The position numbers and the translations under genes were made by a program. From Chlorokybus atmophyticus (taxonomy: Eukaryota > Plantae > Mesostigma and Chlorokybus algae), in contig RHPI01000277.1 of assembly GCA_009103225.1 (NCBI GenBank), positions 766,074 to 830,073 on the forward strand: a DNA stretch of 64,000 bases. Reading direction: 5' to 3'. Below, one piece after another: positions 51,113 through 61,317 of the stretch. Numbering within the stretch: the first letter of the stretch is position 1; every line of letters begins with the position of its first letter. The notes beneath the pieces are model-generated. The model was not told the origin of the DNA, searched no databases, and saw only the letters and a program-made list of their open reading frames with translations.

Positions 51113-52530
51113 ATGGCGACAAGCGGGTTGAAGAGGGTGTTGAAGGGCCCCACCGTGCGCAACCAGGAGATGCGTAAAGTGTTCAAAGCTAGCCTGCTCC
51201 CATCATTGCACAAGGTAAGGTGCGTGAGCCTATGCATACATGCACAAGTCAGCACATATATATGTGCTGCCAGCAGTGATTAAAAAAAGGCTTGTGCACC
51301 AATTTTATACTCGGTGTGTGTGAGTTGCAATAAAGGGCTTGAGATACGATGCCGAGATATGTACCGTCGTTAGACGTCATCATCATTAAGCTTCTATAAA
51401 ATGAAAATGGTGTTACTGGTCACGCGCAAAGTGTTAAAGGCGAGCATTGAACAAGTTGTGGTGACCCCTTACCTGCACAAGCTTAAGTGCTATAAAGCCA
51501 ACGTATGTGGCAATGCTTTTGTATGCAAAATGCAACCAATGCTCTGATCTGTTATGATGTCATTATAGCATATGATCATGCACAAACATGCTTATGACTC
51601 ATCATCTGTTAGTTGAGCACGTCGGGTTGAATGAGCAGCTGAAAATAATAGGTCACGACATATGATTAATAATGCCGCATTATTAATAACAATTTGGACA
51701 ATAGAATTAACTACATGCAACCCCGCTATGGTGATATGCACATTAAAGTGATCATGTGGTATAACACCTTAAGTTAGTTCTCGCTCAAGCTGCCTCGAGC
51801 GAGCAGCAACTACGGCATGTCAACCTAAGCATTTCACGATTTATGACCTTTGTATGCATTTTAATTTGTTTATATATAATTTATAATGTTCTATTACTCA
51901 GCAACTGCAGGTTAAATGTCGATAGCTTGTGCGCAATCTGTTGTAACAATGGCGACGCCGTTGTTGTGAAATAAGTTACGCAAGCAGGATATGACATGAA
52001 GCTTCTGCACGTATTCAGAGATGTTGAGCTGCTTACCACCGCATGCAGCAGGCTGGAGCATCTGTTTCAAGTGCGCACTACTTTATACCGTATGCATTGC
52101 TTGGCTATTATGACAGTTATTAGAATCTCAGCAGAAGCTGATTGGGCATCCATTGAACCATGAAGTTGGGGCTCAAGGATGCCACATGATGCGCTATCCA
52201 TGATGCAACGCAAGCGGTCAATGCCATTCAGCGCCGGCACGATGATTTTTCGAGGCTGAGCAAAAGACACCTTTGCCAAAGGTGGCCACACTCTTGGATT
52301 GCCCATATTACAGCAAAGTAAGAGCAAAGCATTTAGTGATCAGCCGTAAGAATCATCCTCTTATTGCAGATTGCATTAAAAAATTGGGCTCGCCAGCAAG
52401 CATGATCGTTACGGGCGTGAGTCAGCTCCTGTTCCTCATCAACACCTGGGTTTGTGAGGACGTGTGCAACATTAGGTTTGTCTTGTGCAGTAATCAACTA
52501 TCGCGTGAGCCACGAACCTTGATATAATTA
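51113..52530 (+). pseudogene. Degenerate spliced coding relic of unknown identity in an AT-rich island
   Basis: Exon 51113-51214 (MATSGLKRVLKGPTVRNQEMRKVFKASLLPSLHK, donor GTAAGG). Further exon-like pieces have splice signals but carry in-frame stops and phase conflicts. Confidence 0.35.
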
Positions 52531-53272
52531 CATCAAATTGCAACAAATGCGTGCGCACGATAATGACATCTGCATCATTTTTAAAAGCATCTTGACCGGT
52601 CCTCGACTATCGTGGCGGGCATTGGCCTGCATCATACCCTTGTGCATGTTGCAATCGCCTTTATGTAATCTTTGCAAGCCGACAGATCGGCTTTACTATA
52701 AGTTATTGTTGTACATTGGTTTAGAGAGCACTACAGTACTCTGAGTAGGAGGCAACTTGCAGGTGCAAACAAAATGCAACATTTGAGTTGTAATTGATTG
52801 GTGTATATGTAATCACTACTGTCATTGAGAACGGTGTGCGAGAATGCCAGCTCCTTGCGGTTGCCCGATTTAAGGACAGATCAATACCAGCCTTGGTCAA
52901 GAGTATTACATCTGTTTCGCAACATATACTACCTCGACTACAGCTATAGATTACATGTAGAAGGTCTACCGGTATGCAATATGTACATGTGTGGAAGTTA
53001 GTGAGAGAAAACCCTACAAATGTGAGGAAACCGGGTAGCGGTAGTGCTTGTGAGCACGTTACCGGTAGCGACGTTCATGTGAACACCTTCACACGCTCAG
53101 TGCGTTGCATTCGCGCGCGAGCGCATACAACACGTCCGTGAACGAACAACAACGGCGGCGGCGCCGTCACCATCGTCGCTGTCGTCGCTGTCGTTGACGC
53201 CGGCAGCAACAATTGCGTAACCCACCCCGACCTTGACCCACCACGCCGCACAGCCAGCGTAGCAGCAGAGAA

Positions 53273-53312
<40 letters not shown>

Positions 53313-53323
53313 GAGTGGTCGGC

Positions 53324-55649
53324 ATGAACGAGGGCGGTTTCGACACGTTGGGGTCCAGCTACCGCAACCCCCGCGCGATGTGGGCCCGTGAGGCGCACGA
53401 CGCGGAGCAGAGGGAGAAGTGGTACAAGTCGGGACTGGACTACTGGCAGGTTGGGGATGGAATGGAGTGCATGGAGGAGTGCTGTGCTAACATGACTGAA
53501 GTGTGCATTGTGGTTCTGCTTGTTGGAAATGTCGATGATATGCCACTGCCGCGTTTGGAAACAATGCTGTCGTCGTTGTATTTGGCGGTTATTGGTTGTT
53601 GTTTGTCCTCTTGTTGTCTCACTCGCTTAGAATTTGCAGCTGCACAACAGTGACACTTTTTGCTTTTGCATTCAGCATGCATTGTGTTTCACTCGTTCAG
53701 TTCCTGCTTCTTGTTTGTTGCTTCCAATTGCAACCCTGCTGCTAAGTTGAAAACAAGGAACGACCTCAAGTGTAAAAGAAAACTAAGGATGCCTTCATAC
53801 AGAATGTTCGAGATGCAATGAACAACACAACACAACACTCAACACATCCCAAGCATACATCACACAGCACTTCAACCACTTGCCTCCGCAGAATGTAGAC
53901 GCTAGCGTGGACGGCGTGCTGGGCGGCTATGGTGCGGTGTCCGACTCGGACATCGACGAGAGCGAGGCGTTCCTGCGGGACGTCGTGGGGGACATGTTGG
54001 AGGGGAAGGGGAACAGGACGCTGCGAGCCATTGGTATGAACAAGTGTCGCGTGTGCATATGCGTGTGCACGCGTGCGTGTGCACGCGTGCGTGTGCATGT
54101 GTGCGTGTACACGCGTGGGGCATGCATTTGTGCTTCTGCAAACACATGTGCTGGCCTGCGTGCATATGTAGTTTGCATGTTCAGCTGCAAAGGCTTCGCT
54201 AGCAAGCGTATGTTCAAAGCTGCGCGGTGTGTATGGTTGTGAGGCATGTTATTTGTCGAAGTGTTCATGCGTGTGCTACGCATCGTGCAGACTGCGGTGC
54301 TGGTGTTGCGAGGATCACGCAAGACCTGCTTCTTTACCACTTTCATGAGGTACAGTCACACGTGTGTATACAGTCACACGTGTGTATACATGTCTCACTA
54401 TTACCCAGAACTCGTTTCCACATGATTTAATGTGTGTGGCGCAACGCACACACATGCACACGCAGTGTTTTTCAGGTTGATGTGTTGGAGCCAGCAGCGC
54501 ATTTCCTGCAGACAGCCAGGACCAATCTGGCCTCCGGTGGCGGCAAGCGCGGCCCGTGGCCTGGAGGACACGCGCCGGGGCGGTTTTTCGAGCAAGGCCT
54601 GCAGGTGGGAGCTTGAGGCAGCAAGTGAGTGAGTGGGGAGTTAAGGTGGCAACGTGATATATGTTGTGGTGGTGTGTGATGTTTTGTTGTGCGTTTCAGG
54701 AGTTTAAGCCCGAGGCAGGGAGGTATGATGTGATTTGGGTGCAGTGGGTTACGGGACACCTCACGGATGAAGACTTCATCACCTTCTTTCAGCAATGTGC
54801 GGTACTGCTCCTCCTCTGGCTTGACTCACTGTGCGTGCGTGCAGGCGCAGGCGCACGCATGTGCATGTGTGCGCGTGTGTGTTGCTTGAAAACATACCAT
54901 ATTTGTTGACAAATGATCCGTATTTGTTGATACATGGCCACTGGCAGGACGCTGTCCAACCCGATGGCTTGATAATCCTCAAAGAGAACAACGCCAAGAA
55001 AGGTGACAGCTTTGCTTGTTGAAATGATTTATATAACTGTATGATATTACCATGCCACTTTCCTCGCTGCTTCAGCACCATGTGTGACGCGATTTCGACT
55101 TTTCTCTTTATTAACCACTTACAGTAGGACCTCACTGCCAACATTGTTCGCACGCAGGCTTTGTGTTGGACAAGGATGACTGCAGCATAACACGCTCTGA
55201 CGCGTATATCACGCAGCTGTTCAAGAAAGCCGGTCTTACCGTCATCAGACATCGGGTAAAGCTGTATATAGGCCACATGTTGGGTTCACGCAAACATGGG
55301 CCTGCCAGCAATTGTCCAACATGCTGGAAAATCCTTGGCAGCCATGTTCCTCGAACCCAACATGGAACATGGCTGGTGCCACACATGTACTGGTTGCACG
55401 TGTATGGTGCTTGTATGGCTGCAGAAGTACGCTGCATACATAGAAATACCCAAGTACATCATTATATACACATGCAATACGGGATTATTTCTCATTGTAA
55501 ACAACGTTGACGTCCATATAGTATGTGCATGCATACACAGACACGCTGATGTGCTTTTCTCGCAGCTGCAGCGCAGTTTTCCCAAAGAGCTGTTTGCGGT
55601 GAGGATGTATGCCATCAAGGCCAAGTCGACACCGGAGAGCCCCAGTTGA
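53324..55649 (+). CDS. NTMT1: Alpha-N-terminal protein methyltransferase, 8 exons
   Basis: WYKSGLDYWQ|NVDASVDGVLGGYG, D|CGAGVARIT, YDVIWVQWVTGHLTDEDF, LKENNAKK|GFVLDKDDCSITRSD and FPKELFAVRMYA. Confidence 0.95.
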
Positions 55650-56152
55650 GGATACTAGTTGCCAAGTGAATTAAGCACTGGGAACACGCTCCAAGTCCAA
55701 CAACTTGACAGAATAGCTGAACATGGCAAATGTGGCATGGTTGACTTCATGCCTTGCAAATTCTTGTCAACTCAGCAGCTGTGATTGGTCTCTCAAGAAC
55801 AGGACGAATTGATGTAGTACTCAATGCAAGCGTGAACGCAGCTGACTGTACTACCGACGGGCCGTTGTTTAACTGACGGTGACAAATTGTGACAAACTTC
55901 AGCAATTGGTTGGTGCAAAACAGTTGGTGATGAGCATCCACTATCTGCCATGTTACTTGCAGCCTTGCATAATTATATCTACAGTTTGTCTCCTAGCGTT
56001 GCAATTCTTGCGGTCTGTCGACTCAGCCCTAAGTCGACTTCCCGACTACCACTAGTCAGTTGTAACTGTTCGGCATGGTCTTACTGCTCGTACTACAGCC
56101 TCCAGCTCATAAAATTCCTCCTTTGATACTCTCTTACGCATATATATATGCC

Positions 56153-57167
56153 TCAAATTCCACCAGGGCTGTGCTTGAGCAGGTTGTCCAGCTCACTTAT
56201 AGGCAAGTTGTCAAAGAGGGCTCCTCTCACGGCAGCTTTCTTCACCGGCATGTCCACAAGGGGTGCCATGTTGGTGACGTTGTTGTTCACGAGGAGGGCG
56301 GGAGGAGGCGGGTTGTTCTCCTGGAGCACCCGGCAGGTCTTGATCCGGCGCAGACTGGAGGATGTGGACTTTGTGTGCGCGTCGAGGAAGAGGAGACGAC
56401 GGTGAGCCGCCATCGGGCTGGGCGAGGAGGTCCTCATGTTGACACCCGCTGGCCGCAGCGGACACGCGCTCTGCTTCAGATGCTCGGGGGTGTCGGGATG
56501 GTTGACAAGCATGCTCTGATGGGAGCGTATAGTTTAACGTATAGAAAAGCAGAAATGTAATGGCACTAGAGATGGCAACTTGACCATGGTGCAAACACAC
56601 AAGCGCGCACGCACACTCACATTTGCGGGCGAGTCTGCATGCACACGCACGTACGCACGCACAGGCACATACGCACAGGCACGGGTGTGCATGCAAGCAT
56701 GTGTGCACACACACGCAAGCTGTTACGTTAGCCCTTTCATTCTCACCCTCAGTGCCTCGTATTCGCGGCTCTGCTCGGCGATGGTGCATCGGGCTGCTTG
56801 TAGCCCGGCTTCAGCGAGTTTGCGCGCCTCCTTTTCGGCTTCGAGTCCCTGGAGTGCCTGGTACTCTGCCGACAGGCGCTGCAGCACCTGAACAGGGGTT
56901 TCAGGCCAGGTCGTTGGATGGCGTGTGCGCGTGCAACAGCATGCGTGCGCGCGCGTGCGCAACCCCGGTCAGAGGCACCTTGTCCGTCGCGCCCTTGTGC
57001 GCCTGCTGCTCCATACGAAGATCGTCGTAGGCCTTCTGCAGCTTCGCCTGAAGCACCTGGTGTAGTTTGCGTGTACTCAGTTGGGCTTCAACATTGCCCT
57101 GGAAATGTGTGCGCACGCACACACATACACGCGCACGCGCACACATACATGCGCACGCGCACGCGCA

Positions 57168-57205
<38 letters not shown>

Positions 57206-59243
57206 ATTACACCTATGTGTACGCGCTATTGTGCACCCACGTGCGCACAGGCACACACGCATGCACACACGCCAGCATCTCTGATTACAGTGTTGCTGTA
57301 ATCAGAGATACACGCACGGCTGCAACAAGTACCTGGACAGCTTCTTCAGCCATCACGCGCATGTCCTGCTCCCGATCCAACAGCTCCTGCAGGTGGTTGA
57401 GCTTCACTTGAGCGGCCTGCCGATCACGCTGTGCCTCGTCAGCACTCTGCTGCGCCACCTGTGCGCACAAGCATTCCCACAATCAACAAACGCAAGCAAG
57501 ACATGGTTGTGATAACGGCATCAATCACAAGCATGGGTCCATACTGCTTGTGCCATCTGCAGGGCTTGCCCGGTTGTTGCATGCAGACTGCGCTCCTGAA
57601 CGAGTTTCTGCTCAACTGTTGATGTCAGCTCACGCTGCTTCTCATACTGCACACAGTGAGGAAATCAAATGTGAGCTTGCCAGTGAGGAAATCAAATGTG
57701 AGCTTGCCACTGACAACAGCACACACGTACATCTGCACTGCAATGGCTCAATCTGATTGCATAATGACTCACCGATGCGCTGCAGTCTGCCAGTAGAGTC
57801 TTTGACTCGTGCAAGCTCGCCTGCAAGTCTTCAACAATTTGGGCTTTGGCAAGAGCCTCCTGAGAGACAACAGTTCATGAGGGTCGCACAAACGCCAGCA
57901 TCAGACATACAGCAAGTACTAGTTATCAAACAGAAGGGAGTAGGCTATGCTCAGTCCAAGTTCTGCAACGCCTTACTGCCAGCTGCTCTTCAATTTGCAA
58001 TCGGTGTTGACGCTCATGTTCAATTCTTGCCTGTGCTGACACATTCCATGCTTTTAAAGTGGAAACCTGCAACAAACAGTTTACCAATCAACACCTTAGA
58101 TCCATGATGCTATGTGCAACGCATGAACGCACCTGCTCTTCAGCTGTCCGCAAAGCTGATTCAGCATTGCTCGCTTCGGTTGTTGCTTGGGCCAGCTGGC
58201 GCTCAAGCTCTTCCATACCCTCCACTCTCGCTTGCATGTACTGTGGTACGAACATGTTCAGTAAAACAGCCAGTTCAATGCACGCCAAGAAAATCGGTCA
58301 ATCAAGTGCACTGCTGCTTGCAACATGTGACATACCCGCAGCTGTCCCTCAGCTTTCAGCCAGCGCTGACGCTCTCTCTCAGCTGATTGCTGTGCTGTCT
58401 CAACCACCGATTGCAAACTGAAAGCCTGAGTACAAACTCCACTAGTTAGCAAGGTAGCAGTACACATACATACATGCTTTACACACTGCACAAGTGTAAA
58501 CACCCACCTTCTTTTCAGAGCTGGCGAGAGCCGCCTGAGCTGTTGCGAGTTGAGCCATTGCGTCAGCCAGCTGGCGGTCCAACTCCTCCGTAGCATGCAA
58601 CTTTGCTTGCAAGGCTTGCTGCACACCAAGAAGCATGCTGAAAACGTTCACCGCATTGTGAGGGTCAATGCATACCACATTGTGATGTGACTCACAGTCA
58701 GGTCTTCTTCAGCTTTCATCCTGATTTGCCGCTCATGTTGTGCTGATGACTCTGTAGTAGTGGCAATTTCTTTATTTCTGGCAGCCTGCTCTTCGGAAAC
58801 TGCCAGAGCTTCATTCGCAAAACTGAGCTGAGTTGTTGCTTCGTCCAGCTGGCGCTCGAGCTCCTCCATGACTTGGGACTTGGCTTGAAGCGCTTGCTGT
58901 GCACAGAGGAAGCCCTCAGCTTGCTGCATTGCAACCTTCAATGCCGCACATAAGCACATGCACGCACACAGGACCAAGGCCCCACCTGTGCCATTCTCGC
59001 CATGTCCATCAAGGCGTCTCTGCCCGAGCTGTCATTCGCAACAGAGCCGGTTGAGCTGTTATCAGCATGCTTGCGGCTTGGCGTAGCAGCCAGTCTCTGC
59101 TGCTGCTGCTGCTGCTGTCGCTCGCTGCTGCCAGCATTGCCCTGAGCAACGGCATTAGGGCTCTCCCTCTGAGCTGCAACAACGGCACGCTCCTCGCCGC
59201 CGCCCTGTCCCCACCCGGTAATCAAGCGCCAGCCCGTAAACAT
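56153..59243 (-). CDS. Long coiled-coil protein built from repeated exon pairs, about 11 exons
   Basis: Phase-0 exons encode EELERQLxxA and ERQxRLxxEExL repeats. The last exon runs SMLVNHP...HSPGGI to a stop at 56153. No recognisable domain. Confidence 0.8.
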
Positions 59244-60053
59244 GGCGAATACAGCTGTTGAAGGAAGGACGAAAGCCACAGACCAGAACAGCACCTGCCA
59301 AGTTGAAGTCAATCCCTGCTAGGTTGGACCAACAATGGCCCTGCTTGGCGTAGTCTGGGGCCAGGCCGTGCATGCAGTGCGTCACTGCAAGTTTACGTGC
59401 CAGCAAGCTGTCCTTCTTACCGCAAGGCGGAGGAGCACAAAAAAGAACAACGTCGCCGATCCCTGCGCTGAGATGGAAAGTGTCACTGCTGCGCCTAGCA
59501 CAACGCACAAAGCGCACCACACCAACCCGCACACCAATACGCACACCCACAAGCCCGCCGCCGGTCACACCAGCAGCGGCGGCAGCGCTCAGTTTGTAGA
59601 CGTTTGAAAAATGAGGAAGCCGTTGAGGCGCGCGGCGTCACGCGGGGGGGGGNNNNNNNNNNNNNNNNNNNNNNNNNNNNNNNNNNNNNNNNNNNNNNNN
59701 NNNNNNNNNNNNNNNNNNNNNNNNNNNNNNNNNNNNNNNNNNNNNNNNNNNNNNNNNNNNNNNNNNNNNNNNNNNNNNNNNNNNNNNNNNNNNNNNNNNN
59801 NNNNNNNNNNNNNNGGGGGGGGGGGGGGGCGGGAATCACGCTACCCCTCGCTGTAATCACACTCGTTCGTATGACACCCTCCCAGTAGAACTTACGAAAT
59901 ATGGAATAAACGCTTTACATGAGGTAAATTTAGCGCTACATCATGACTATAACACTCCCCTGTAAGGACAGTCAGTGCCAGTAGGGAACGTTCCTATAGC
60001 GAGGACAACAAGTATATACATTCCAACATCTAGGGTTTCAACACCTCGCTGTA

Positions 60054-60121
60054 GTGACCAGTTGTCATATAAGATGTTAAGCACATTTCAATGTGCTTAA
60101 CATCTTGTGACCAGTTGTCAT
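60054..60121. repeat. 16-bp perfect hairpin bracketed by a 15-bp direct repeat
   Basis: GTGACCAGTTGTCAT-AT-[AAGATGTTAAGCACAT-TTCA-ATGTGCTTAACATCTT]-GTGACCAGTTGTCAT. Confidence 0.95.
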
Positions 60122-61317
60122 TGCATAGAGATATCCGACTTCTAGGCAATGGGTTACTTGTGTTTAAATATACAATATTTCTTTTTTTGATAAGGACAAG
60201 CCTCGTTGCAACCATCGATTGTCATCATATAGCATTAACACGATATCATGCCCATGTGTCACTATGTCTAATAATTGACAATTTCATATCAAGACAAGAT
60301 GTTTGCACACATTCGTGGTCATATAGCCAGTTTACAATGTACTAGCCCCCTTGCATATCAAAAATGACAATGACCATTTGTCATGTAGGACTTGCAAAGT
60401 CTGCGATTCATGTAAGTTGTATACATCATGGTTTGTGTAAAGAGAGAAATGCCAACTCCCTCTTTAATCCTCTACCCCAACACCCACGCCAACGACCCTA
60501 CCCATGCCGCCGCCGTGACTGTCGTGTAAAGAACCCCCGTTCCCCCACTCACTACCAGCCATAGCTTTTACCAGTTTGATCGATAACAACCAATCAGGGT
60601 ACGGATCGCGGATATCACTCGTTGGGACTCATAACTTAAATAAGACTCATATAAGGGTCTTAATTAAGCATAGAGCGAGGAACCAATGGAGCTTGGCATA
60701 ATTGACCAATTAAGGTCATATAAAATGATGTCAAGGTGAAAACCTTGAAAAATAAGGGAAAAGCCCTTGACAGTCTGTATGCCGAGCTCATAGGCTACCA
60801 GTACCAGTAGAAGCTAGTAGGGTCATGTAACCAAAAGATGTTGTGAGGTTCGTAAAAATGTTGTCTTTGAACATGTAAAATTCTACCGTCTTTTTGCAAT
60901 GCACAAATAAAGATATAAACATGAATTAACTCATCCCGCAAACTTGCTTTATGCAGAGCTACAATGCATAGATTATGAGAACCAAGTTGTTCCCGTGTTC
61001 ACAAAGGATGTGTCAACAAATTATTCCTAATACTGTGAGTTATAGCCGAAGATGCATGTTAACCATTCATTGTGTGGCATGAAATGAAATGCAATGTTAA
61101 TCAATTTCACCAGTTAGCATTCCCGCTTATGGTCTTATATGAGACACCTTGTGGTAAACAGTTTGTGTTGCTTCGTTGCAGCATATATTACCAATTATAT
61201 ATTGTGCGCGCACGTGAAGGCATACAGCACCACTTGTGATATATGACAATCATGGTGCTAGCAGTACGAAGTACGAGAAGGAGGGGGCATCATTCAGACC
61301 GCAAAATGTGTATGGTT

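Noticed and set aside
60721-60755. Hammerhead-like TGATG-stem-GAAAA (also near 16000)
   Set aside because: The catalytic core CTGANGA is not intact and stems I and III cannot be formed.
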